Shown here in pieces: positions 53,935 through 64,000 of a DNA stretch of 64,000 bases (positions within the stretch are counted from its first letter, which is position 1; every line of letters starts with the position of its first letter). Under the pieces are notes generated by a model. That model saw only the letters and a program-made list of their open reading frames with translations, had not been told where the DNA came from and searched no databases. The translations under genes were made by a program, and so were the position numbers. Source of the DNA: Tetramitus jugosus (lineage: Eukaryota; Protista; Heterolobosea). The DNA lies in NCBI GenBank assembly GCA_937625935.1, contig OW569356.1:124001-188000 (forward strand), read 5' to 3'.

Positions 53935-56900
53935 ATGAATACAGAAGACAGCAAAATTTTATTGAATTATTCAGCAAGTGCCGTCTCTGTTGATTGCAAG
54001 GGCAAATATGCTGTTCTAGGAGCGTATGTATCTCATCACAACACTCGACAGTCATCTCAAAAATTTTCAATGCTTCTTATTTGAATGTTTGTTGTTGTTG
54101 TTTTGATCATTTTCTCACATATTGGTTGTTTTGTGCGTTTGTGTATTTGTGTATATGTGTGAATGATAAATCAAATGATGATGATGATAGTCGGAGAGGC
54201 CTGTGTGTAGTGACATTGGATCGACCCAAAGAACGAAAATTTTTGTATCACAATCGAAAATGTGAAGTAGGCAGTGTGCAATTCAATCCTCACATGTCCA
54301 AGAGCTCATACATTGCCAACACTGTGAGTGATACAGTGCAAGTGTGGGATATTGTGAGTCAATCTTCACTTGTGACCAGTTTCAAGGGTCACAATAGTGC
54401 AATCACGGGACTTGTTTGGAGTCCTGCAGATGATTTTATGCTGGGAACATGCAGCACTGATTCTTATTTGAAGTTGTGGGATACAAGGTAAGGGACAATG
54501 AAATGATTATCATGTTTTTTGTTTGATTGTGATGAGTTTTGATTGAGTACGAACAATGATTGTGTGTTTGTTTGTTGTTGTTTGTGTTGATGATGATGAT
54601 TATGATAGAGATCCTGCGAAGCCAGTTCGATCGTTTTGTGCCTTTACGAGCATACCTTCACAGTTGCGATGGAATCCCCTGTCATCTCACATATTGGCCA
54701 GTGCTCATGACGGTGAAGTCAGAATTTGGGACACGAGAAAAACAGACACCTATGTTTCGTTTATTACAGCGCATTTCTCCAGTATTAGCAGTCTAGATTG
54801 GAGTCCAAAGAGAAGTGAGCAATTGGTCACGTGTGCTCAAGACAGACAAATCAAGGTCTGGGATGTAAATATGCCATTGGAGTTCAAGATTAAGAGCTTG
54901 ACTGCAAAACCAGTCTCAAAAATTCGATATACGGTATGTATTGTGTAATTGATGAATTGATATTAGTTTGTTCGTTTTGAATTGTTTTTTAACCATTGTT
55001 GTTTTGTGATTAATGTTTAATATAGCCATTTGGAGAGGGATTGGTCAGTGTGAGTGCAAAGGATGACTTACAAATTCGCTTGTGGAGTTTAACGAACGAC
55101 GAACTGATTAATATTAATGTATTTTCTGGTCATACCGATGTCATTAAATCATTTGATTTTAGGAATCGCTCAATGAGGAGGCGATCACCTTCTGTGGTGA
55201 ACAATAGCACTCTGTCTTCGAGTTCATCGATGGATTTTAGCGACTATCAACTAATTTCGTGGTCCAAAGATCAGACATTGCGAACTTGGACTCTTAATCA
55301 ACAGATGCAAGAGGATTGTGGCTTTTTTGCGACTGAAGGAGCCGCTGATCCATTAGCTAGAAACACTCCAGAATCAGATGGAAGGGGTCTAATGAATCAG
55401 TCGTCAGTTGGATCAAATGGAAGTTCTATAACATCAACATTGAGTAGTTCAATTCGAGGTTGGATCAGGCGAAACAAAAATGCACTTAACAATGATGTTG
55501 ATGAAAATATGACGTACTCACAAGAGTGTACCAAAGTTGCAAATGATATGGAGGAGTTAACATTGGAGGAAAATAATGCTGTGACACGCTCTTGCACATT
55601 CCGTGTTGACTTTTCTAATTGTCATATCCGACTGAAGGCTCTATTTCCATCGCTTTATCCTCGTGGTGCTGTTCCAATGTTCGAATTTCTGCCTTCCAAA
55701 TTTCTCACGATTCCAAATATGAAGAAACTAAAGGAAAAATTGAATCATACAGCAGAGGAGTTTTGTCTCAACCAGAACAGATTGTGTATGGGTGCTTGTA
55801 TGAGTGATTTGTTAGGATTATTGCATAAAATGGACTTCAGCGAGGAGAAACTCCAGAGCGAAAACGAGGAGTCTATTGCCACTCCTGAAACGCGCCCGCT
55901 ATCTTCAAGAGGTATGCGGCATCAGATATTAGAGGAAGAAGACCATGGTGATGAGGAAATTGCTGCTCTGATTAAACAAACGAAAACTCCAACCTCTGAT
56001 TCTAATCCTACTCCTACGAGACGGAGGTCCAAGTTTATCACGGATGACAAGCGAGTACCTGCTCCTGCCACAGCTGTTGGAGTTTTTTCTCCAACGGGCC
56101 ACTTTGTATATTTTAACTCGTTCAGTATGAGGGATTTCACAACGCAGCAAGTTGTATCACCAGATTCAGATGCATCAAGCAATAATGAAACGAAGCCAAA
56201 AGGACTCAATATGAGGACTTACGAAGATTGGAAAAGAAGAATGTTCAAGTCACGACGGCGGAAGTTTGATGAGAGTGATGTCTCATCAGACAAATCTGTC
56301 AGTAAGCCGAATGGAAATCTGCAGGACTATTTCCAGAATTTCTTCTCTGGGTATTCGAGCAAGGATCTTCGGGTCTCTTCTTCAGAGCCAGGATCAATGG
56401 ATGAGAAAATAACCCTGTCTCAGAAGAATGAGGTGATAGAGGAGGTGGACGAAGTTGATGAGTCGAGTGTGTTAGATAGTAGTATGGAGATATCCACAGA
56501 TAACTTGGCTCAACAAACAATGTCACCAAATCCAAACCTGATACAACAGCAGCAGATCAAGCAAAGAAAGCAACAACTTCAAGAAGTGAAGTCATCAAGT
56601 TCACAAGGCTCACGAAGACAAAATCGCTCCAAAAAGTTGGATTTGCGAGTTCATATCTATGATCTTCGAGAGGTGACTCAAGCTCCAATTTCTATCCCGC
56701 TCGCCCAGGACTATTCACTCTTTGGTACCGGTATTCAAGATATATGTTTGAGAGCCCAACACACTTGTATCAAGCACAACAATATGGATGTAGCTAAAGT
56801 GTGGGGCATAATATCACAAATTTGTGACGATTCGCTTCACGAACAAACTGTCGAGTCAGCCTGGATCTCACATCCATTGAAGACAACATTTATTCCAAAA

Positions 56901-57782
56901 CTGTTCGAACACTTCCTAAAGTTGAGGGATATTCAAACTTTAGCTGTGCTATCATGTGTACTGTCCCAGGTTCCAAACCAAGCAGGAGAGTATAACTTTT
57001 TATTGGATCCAAAGCAGGAGCCTTGGTTCAACCACTACCGTTTATTTTATGCTGACTTGTTGCATCGATGGGGCATGAACTGTCAGCGTAATGAAATCAT
57101 GAAGTTTGTCTCGAATCAGGTCTTGTCAGCAAATGAGACAGTGTCTCATATTTGCTCTATTGAGCTCGCTGGCGAACCAAAGGCAATGTTGTTTAAGACG
57201 GAGGAATTTGTCGAGGATTACTGTGACAGAGATGAAAATACCGAGCAAGATGAAGAGACAAGCAGAAGAGGCTCTGTACATAATAGAAACAATTCGAAAC
57301 GACGCCCTCTACAACCGCCATTCAAGTGTGCCATATGTCGCTTGCCTTCTAGAGGACTTTCCACTATATGTCCAAAGTGTGGCCACGGTGGACATATAGA
57401 GCACATGAATTCGTGGTTTGCTCGGAATGAGTGCTGTCCAACAGGCTGTGGTTGTGATTGCGTACATCACATGGATTCATACCCTTGCGATAGAGAAGTA
57501 GAGGATGCATCGCTATCGGACAATGAATCAGACATTTCAGCAGAGAATCGTCCTAGTTCAGAGCAAACACTAGAGAACCGGACACGACCCATTTCAAGAT
57601 CTACCACCTCCTATTCTGATATCTCATTGATGCTGGACGACAACGAGAAGATTGGCCTGCGTCGATCAATCTCCACCATTCTGCCCACCAAGTCTGCAAC
57701 TCCTGTCAGCGCACGAGCTCCCAAGAGTGCCACTGCTGGCTTCAAGTTCCAGACATATGACTATAACCTCAGTTATTTTTAA
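53935..57782 (+). CDS. WDR59: GATOR2/SEACAT subunit WDR59 (Sea3/Mtc5) (4 exons: 53935-54023, 54191-54487, 54609-54933, 55026-57782)
   Basis: WD40 repeats (LASAHDGEVRIWD, RYT|PFGEG, YQLISWSKDQTLRTW), RWD (FPSLYPRGAVPMF), DIQTLAVLSCVL, YADLLHRW, and C-terminal CAIC...CPKCGHGGH..HM..WF....CPTGCGC. Confidence 0.92.
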
Positions 57783-57929
57783 TCAAAATACACCAATGTT
57801 CTTCCTCCAGACACCACCTTCTTCTCCTTCATAACCTCCACCAATTCGAACCCGTTTGCGGACAATTTTTGATCAAGGTTCAATCAAAAAACCAACTTCA
57901 AACAAAGCAAAAAAAAATCAAATAGCAAC

Positions 57930-59311
57930 ATGTTCGGAGACAACGATATTGATGACGAGAGTCTGCTATTCGGCAACCCAAACGCACTGTCACTTGACAT
58001 TCTAAGTATGTACAACCGCAACACTTGTCTCACTGTAACTGATGATCAACATTGTATTCACACTTCACACCATGTGAAGATGGGGAAGGATTCGATTTCA
58101 TTTCACATGACATCACTCCACCACATGAATCACAACAACAACAAAAGATAAAGGCCAAATCCTCATCAAAGAAAAAGAAACGGAAATCATCGGAGAAAAT
58201 TTCTATTTTTGATGTGGATGATGAAAATGAAGACGAAGAGAAGGCTGTCATTGATAAAAAATCAACAAAATTGAAAAAGCATGACCATGACGCTTCTGAA
58301 GCTGATACTGCAAAGTTTAGTGACTTTGAAGATGAATTAGACTGGGAATTAGAAAAGCATAAAAAAGGCGCCAAAAGACGACACTCCGCCTCCGACAAAA
58401 CATCTACGGTGAAAAAGAAGAAAAAGACGACTCAAAAAAAGAAGAAGAAGAAGCAGAAGAAGGCTACTAGTGATAATGATGATTCCGACAACAATAATGA
58501 TGACGATGAGTTTGAGTTTGATGATGAAGAAGAGCGAATAGAAGAACGAAAGAAACGAAAACAACAATTAGAGAAGGAAAAGTGGTTACAAAAGAGAAGA
58601 GAGGAAAAATTGAGTGAAACAAGAAAAAAGAGGCGAAACCATGACGGTGGTGGTGAAGATGATGATGATGAATCAGGCAATGTTGATTCACAGAGGAAGA
58701 AACGACAGAGATTAGAAATTGAAAATGATGTAGAGTTGGTGCGATTGGACGATGATTTGAGTCAGATTAGAGTGGAAGCATCTGATTTGATGCACGTGCC
58801 AAACTTTTCAGAGTGCATGGAAGTGATACGGAAGACGCAAAGTTCAGTGATGCAATCACGAATGAAGGACAGTGAATATCAAAAGAAGATTGAAGAGATT
58901 CAAAAGGAACAAATTGTGTTGTCTGAGAGTGAGAATGAGGAGGAGCACGATAATAGAGGTGTATCTAACGACTCACTTTCCTCTTCCTATGCTTCGTCTT
59001 CTTCTAGTGTTCCGACGTCTTCGCAGTCTGCCTCTCAAGCATCGACGACAGAAAACTCGAGTTCAACAAATGATGGTATTGAGCGGATCACACTGAAACT
59101 CAGATGCGGACCAGATGATGAAGGTATCAAGATGAAGGTGCCCAAAACGATTGAGTTTCACAAAATGTATGCCCACATTGCAAAAGTTAAAAATGTGCCC
59201 GTTACCAAAGTGTCACTCTTGTTTGACAATATGGTACTTGGCCACAATGAAACACCGGAGGACCAAGATATGGAAGATGGAGATCTCATTGATTATAAGA
59301 TTAAAAAGTAA
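57930..59311 (+). CDS. Rad60/Esc2/NIP45-like protein with a C-terminal SUMO-like domain (2 exons: 57930-58005, 58080-59311)
   Basis: K/D/E-rich disordered body with NLS-like runs. C-terminal ITLKLRC...LLFDNMVLGHNETPEDQDMEDGDLID lacks a di-glycine. Phase-1 GTATG...AAG intron. Confidence 0.78.
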
Positions 59312-59413
59312 GTTGTTGATTGTAAATAAACATAGTCTTCGCTACCCCAACTATGAAGCAATCTGTGATACACAATAAGAACCCAAGTCAGAATTGATAA
59401 CGCATTTATTTAT

Positions 59414-61303
59414 CTAGCTTCTCGTTTCTTCCAATCGTTTCTGCATGCTTGACTGCCACTGGGCAAACTCTTCGAGACTAGTGTTCACGAACGCTGAATC
59501 CTCCAGTTGCAACTCCTGATCGTCCTCTTCATCACCAAACACCGAATGCTGTATCACACTGGAATCATCATTGACATACACACAATCGTACAGGATAAAT
59601 GGATGACTCATGACTTGATCAGGATACTGTTGCTTATAAAGGAATGACTTGTCTCTGTATGCGTGATACAGATCCATCACTGGAACATTCAATCGATTCA
59701 TGTCTCCACTGCCATTGTTGTTACCAGCACCACTATTCAATCCTAAAGAAGAAGATGCACTGGAATCGAGACTACCCCACGCATGCTCTCTCCTCAACTC
59801 TTCTTCAATCTGTTTTGGAACAGAGTCAAAATTGCTGTACAGGAACTGTTCTCCATCATATTCCATCATGTGATACTCTACATTGTACTCTTCATCAAAC
59901 ATGTAATCTGCTGATGATGATGATTGATCATAGTAAACACCACCAATACCTCCAATACCACCAGTACCATCATATCCATCATACTCACCACCAACACCAC
60001 CACTACCATCATATTCACCACCACCATCATGATCATCATCACCACTTCGACTACTGCCTCGACTACTACCACCATGGTGATCCATCATCATGCTATCATC
60101 ATCCATTCCATCATCAATCATATCATTGATACCACCTTCCATATTTGGTGTTGCTGTTGTTGAGGTATGAGTAGGTGTCGTCGTATTTCCACCCAACAAC
60201 GTATTCAACAGCACTGGTGGAGGTGATTGTAAAATGTGTTCGTACCAACTCTGATTCATGTAACTGTCAGAGAACTTTCGAGTGTGATGAGAGGAGGTTG
60301 AACTTTGAGACATGGAACGATTGATTCGTTGTTGTTGTTGTTCTTCTTCTTGAGTTGGTTGACTATTGTTGTTGTCATGTGGACTGGAGCTCACAATGGT
60401 GTTATCATCATTATTATCGTGATGGTGATGATGATTGTTTGGTGCGACTGATGTTGTTGTTGTTGTTGATGGTGGTTGTGTGTCTTTGGGAGATTGTACA
60501 TGATCAGTGCCTTCTTTGCTTTCATTGTTGTTGTTGTTGCTTGTTTCTGTTGTTGTTGTTGTCGATGGTTGTGGTTTGATATTGGTTGTTGTTGTTGTGG
60601 TTGATGTAGCATCGCTATGGTGGTTGTTGTGAGTGGCGGTAGGATTGTTCAAGTGTCTTCTACTGGAGAGAGGTCGAGCAGTGAGAGATGAATCAGTCGT
60701 TGTAGACAATGACTGTTGCTCCTGTTTTTGCCAGTATTGGAATTTGGTGCGAATGTTGGTCGTGGAGGTGAGTTGAGAAATTTCTTCGCGAGCTCTGGCA
60801 GAGAGACACACGGCAGTTGCGGGTGCCGCATTGCCGCTGCCACTTTTGTGACTGTTTAGCTCTGTAAATCGAATAATAACTGGAATTCGTGGTGCTGTGT
60901 TGTTGGCCGCCGACGTCGTAGTTGTCGTTCTTGGCGACGAGGAAGCGGGAGTTGTCGTACTTTCCGCTCTCGGAGAATTATTTGGAAGAGAATTTCCGTT
61001 AACGTGTTCATGGAGTTGTTTGAAGAAGACTTGGGTGTCATTGTTGGTGTTTGAGGAGGCTTCTCTATCCAATTGTTCATATCGACTCAATAGTTGAGAG
61101 ACTTTTGATGAGGTGCCGCCGTTAATAATTTTTCTTCGCACAGCGATAATTCTCTTTTGTGGTTGTTGTGGTTGGGTATTGCTATTGTTGTTGTTGTTGT
61201 TGGAGTTGCTATTGCTGTCCTCCGTTGTTGTCGTCATCTTGGATGATAAATGTTTGTTGTTGTCGTTATGAAATGATGCTTTGTTTTTGAGTTTGTTGGA
61301 CAT
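59414..61303 (-). CDS. Low-complexity (N/T/S/Q/G/D-rich) hypothetical protein
   Basis: 629-aa ORF built largely from trinucleotide-repeat-encoded runs, with a more complex C-terminal ~150 aa. The start may be 61237. Confidence 0.75.
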   Translation of the reverse strand: MSNKLKNKASFHNDNNKHLSSKMTTTTEDSNSNSNNNNNNSNTQPQQPQKRIIAVRRKIINGGTSSKVSQLLSRYEQLDREASSNTNNDTQVFFKQLHEHVNGNSLPNNSPRAESTTTPASSSPRTTTTTSAANNTAPRIPVIIRFTELNSHKSGSGNAAPATAVCLSARAREEISQLTSTTNIRTKFQYWQKQEQQSLSTTTDSSLTARPLSSRRHLNNPTATHNNHHSDATSTTTTTTNIKPQPSTTTTTETSNNNNNESKEGTDHVQSPKDTQPPSTTTTTSVAPNNHHHHHDNNDDNTIVSSSPHDNNNSQPTQEEEQQQQRINRSMSQSSTSSHHTRKFSDSYMNQSWYEHILQSPPPVLLNTLLGGNTTTPTHTSTTATPNMEGGINDMIDDGMDDDSMMMDHHGGSSRGSSRSGDDDHDGGGEYDGSGGVGGEYDGYDGTGGIGGIGGVYYDQSSSSADYMFDEEYNVEYHMMEYDGEQFLYSNFDSVPKQIEEELRREHAWGSLDSSASSSLGLNSGAGNNNGSGDMNRLNVPVMDLYHAYRDKSFLYKQQYPDQVMSHPFILYDCVYVNDDSSVIQHSVFGDEEDDQELQLEDSAFVNTSLEEFAQWQSSMQKRLEETRS

Positions 61304-61442
61304 AGGGTTTTGATATACTGGACGTCAAGGATGAAACGGGCAACTGCAAGTCGTTTTGGGCCCGGGGACCTAAAAAAAATTGTTGCGAGCAGATGTCAAC
61401 TGTCCTCACAGAACATGCGAAAATGAGAAGAGCGGAGTTTTA

Positions 61443-62587
61443 TTATACAATAAGATTTTGCATTTTGCTTTGGACCAGTGAGCTGTAGTCCACTCGTTGG
61501 TTGTTGTCATCTTGATTCTTCTCTCTGTCTTCAATGACCATCCTCATGACTAATTGTACCCACTTCTCATACCCAAACTCCTTTCCTTGATACTTTCGAA
61601 TGAAAGGATGGTTGAGAAGGTCTGCCGAGGTAGCTCGCTGCCTTGGCTCCTTTAACAAGCATGCAGAAATAAAATCACACAACTCTGGAGAATAACCATC
61701 TTCTGGAGACAATTTGGGAGGATCCTTATTCTTGATAATACTCATCACTTCCCAGAAACCTTGCGCTGGAACACCATTGTCTTTCATGAAAGGGAAGTTT
61801 GCTGTTGCACATTCGAGAACACAAATTCCCAATCCCCATATATCTGATGCGAATGAATACCTCTCACCTCCTAATCTCTCGGGTGACATGTAAGTCACGG
61901 TACCAACAAAAGTGGCACACTCTTCCATAGTATTATCCAACTCTGCACTCACACCAAAATCAGTAATCTTAAATTCACCATTTCTATTCATTAATATGTT
62001 GGATGGTTTTAAATCCCTATGAACCAAATGTCTATCTTTGTGTAAATATTTCAAACCTAATAGAACTTGATAGGTAATGAAACTCAAGACAGCCTCAGGA
62101 ATTTTTCCAAACACCTTTGTGATATCAGCCATACTTCCTCCTTCCATGTATTCCAATGCAATAGAGATACTACCTTCATTGTAGAATGCTCCATAAAATC
62201 CAACAAGTTGAGAGCAATTAGAAGAGTATAGAGCTTCCAATTCTTTTATAATTTGCTTTCTCTTCTCTGCATCGAACACACTTATATCCTTCATGGCAAC
62301 AATCTTTTGGGTTGGCTTGTGAAGAGTCTTGTAGACAATACCGGAGCTCCCTTGTCCCAATGGTTCCATTTTCTCCAATTCTGATTGTTTCAAGCCTCTC
62401 CACTCATCACCGATACTGAATTGGCCCTTTTTAAATGTTCCGCTCTGCGTTCTACACCAAGAAGAATCAATAGAACAATATTCTTTGAGACCAAGTATTC
62501 TAACATACAGCTCGAAAAGTATTGAGTTACATACACTTGATAGTCTTCACTCTCTCCAGTTACATCGATCCTCAATGGTTTCTTCAT
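61443..62587 (-). CDS. MAP kinase kinase (STE7/MEK family) (2 exons: 62587-62535, 62451-61443)
   Basis: GQGSSG, ISIALEYMEGGS, HRDLKPSNIL, DFGVS, TFVGTVTYMSPER. N-terminal docking motif KKPLRI and TQSGTF. Phase-2 GTATG...TAG intron. Confidence 0.93.
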
Positions 62588-62775
62588 TGTTGTGAATGTG
62601 CGATTCGTTCTGTTGGTTGGAATGTGTTCTCGAGAAGACTTCCCGTAGTCAGCAAGAGAACACATCCATAGCAACAGTCTATAGTCGGGGAAAGGAAAGT
62701 ACTACTACGGATCATCGGAAAACTGCATGTGAAAAAGAAGCTTCCAAACCTTTTCTCCTGTCTGAGCTCAATTCT

Positions 62776-63984
62776 TTATTCTTCATCTTCATCTCCATCA
62801 TCATAGTCGACAGCTCTTGGAGGTATGAGATGGCAGATACATTTCTCGGACTCTTTTCCACATCCATAACAGAAATGAGCACCACAGAGACAGGACATAC
62901 TAGAACATCCCGCGCTTCTCTCTACAAATCTAGCACAAGATGGACATCGTTGGATGTGCTTGCTATCAACATATTGAAAAAAAAGAGCATCATTCGGATC
63001 CATGCCTCCTCCTTCCAACTTTTTCCACTTTTGGTAGCCGACACAAGTCTTTCCATAGTGGTAAGGAACTCTACAACTGAGACAATAGTGTTCTCTGCAC
63101 AGCTCGCACCTAAAATGACAATTATCCTCATTCAGATCATCATAGCTCACAATATACTTACAATCAGGAGTTGGACACTGAAGGAACTTGACTTTTTGGT
63201 TGGCAGTCTGACCAGAAACAGCGTATTCAAACGAATTTCTATAGAAGAGAGCCATTTGTGGCATGGAGAGCAAATGTTGCAAATCATCTGCCATAATCTC
63301 CTTGGCACACTTTGTGTTTGGGCACACGATTGGAAATGAGCGACTCTTGATCTTTTCCATGACATATTCTCTGAGACACTCGGTACAGACATGAACATTC
63401 TCACAAGCTTCATTGGCTTGACAGTTGATGGGCTTAAATGTCTCATCCTTGTCCTTCTCTTCAAAACAAATCATACATGTAACCATTACAATCTTTTCCT
63501 TTTGCTTGTTTTTGTTCTTGAGGCTGGCACTAGCCTCTGATGACTCCTTTTGTTCTTCAGCATCTCCCTTTGGTTCAGCAGACTCTTCAAATCTTGGTCT
63601 CTTTGGTTCTTCACTTGTTGTTGCTGTTTCTTGTTCCAGTTTTCGTTTCGTTTGTGTGTTTGTTGTGGTTGGCGTGGATTGACTCAATTGACTCTGTTGT
63701 GAATGATTTCTCATGAAATGAGCATTCTGTCTTCTGATCAATGACTGAATCTCCAACAGAATTTTCTTTCTGTGACCCACCTTGTCAACACTCATGTCCT
63801 TGAGATCGTCATTTGTCAATTGCAACAATTCTCGTCCAGAGATGTCATTGCTGGAGAATGTGCTCTGATACTCTGGTAGTTGCACGATATTGGACAACCA
63901 GTCAGTCACATCAGTCAGTGACCATGTTATGGGTTGGTTGGAATTCATCAAGGATGGTTCTTCAAAGGATTGAGTGATGCTCAT
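62776..63984 (-). CDS. SAM domain + RBR (RING1-IBR-RING2) E3 ubiquitin ligase
   Basis: SAM: WSLTDVTDWL...FSSNDISGRELLQLT.DDLKDM...VGHRKKIL. RING1: CMIC...H.C.EC...CP..C. IBR: CPTPDC...C..C...C..C...H...C. RING2: CPSC..VERSAGC..M.C.CG..FCY.C. Confidence 0.92.
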   Translation of the reverse strand: MSITQSFEEPSLMNSNQPITWSLTDVTDWLSNIVQLPEYQSTFSSNDISGRELLQLTNDDLKDMSVDKVGHRKKILLEIQSLIRRQNAHFMRNHSQQSQLSQSTPTTTNTQTKRKLEQETATTSEEPKRPRFEESAEPKGDAEEQKESSEASASLKNKNKQKEKIVMVTCMICFEEKDKDETFKPINCQANEACENVHVCTECLREYVMEKIKSRSFPIVCPNTKCAKEIMADDLQHLLSMPQMALFYRNSFEYAVSGQTANQKVKFLQCPTPDCKYIVSYDDLNEDNCHFRCELCREHYCLSCRVPYHYGKTCVGYQKWKKLEGGGMDPNDALFFQYVDSKHIQRCPSCARFVERSAGCSSMSCLCGAHFCYGCGKESEKCICHLIPPRAVDYDDGDEDEE

Positions 63985-64000
63985 TGCAGTTGTAGTGTTG

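Noticed and set aside
59414-61303. (CAA)n/(CAT)n/(CAC)n tracts as repeat arrays or CRISPR
   Set aside because: Trinucleotide microsatellites encoding homopolymer runs, common across the window. No repeat-spacer structure and no cas genes.
1-64000. Non-standard genetic code, selenoproteins, tRNA or rRNA genes
   Set aside because: TAA, TAG and TGA all terminate conserved genes at expected positions. I saw no in-frame TGA in conserved domains, and no cloverleaf or rRNA motifs by eye.

Overview
Gene-dense eukaryotic nuclear DNA from a flagellum-capable protist (BBS4 and a CCDC42/CFAP73-like gene are present). Short GT-AG introns with mostly GTATG donors and very short intergenic gaps are compatible with a heterolobosean or similar lineage; this is inference only. 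The standard genetic code is used. There are 31 protein-coding genes. Recognisable ones are a ThrE/Prm10-like exporter (cut by the window edge), a membrane-anchored cyclophilin, clathrin heavy chain, UBE2G/Ubc7, profilin, BBS4, MRPL43, a PTS2 citrate synthase, a GH27 alpha-galactosidase, LSm4, a Cho2-type PEMT, STI1/HOP, WDR59, a Rad60/Esc2-like protein, a MAPKK and a SAM-RBR ligase. A U6 snRNA gene sits at 22367-22472. Main points of interest: (1) a 417-bp Mutator-like MITE with an exact 11-bp target duplication inside a large ORF, which could be spliced out in frame; (2) strongly structured intergenic segments that look like unannotated ncRNAs (53410-53680, 2550-2775); (3) a haem-less cytochrome-b5-fold protein with a 400-aa acidic tether and a K-Ras-like CaaX tail, mostly missed by the ORF track; (4) an F-box/Rab-like fusion with a degenerate G3 motif; (5) two LRR-then-F-box paralogues flanking a 5.6-kb graveyard of CMC/EnSpm, hAT-like and LINE remnants. 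All calls were made by eye, without database searches.
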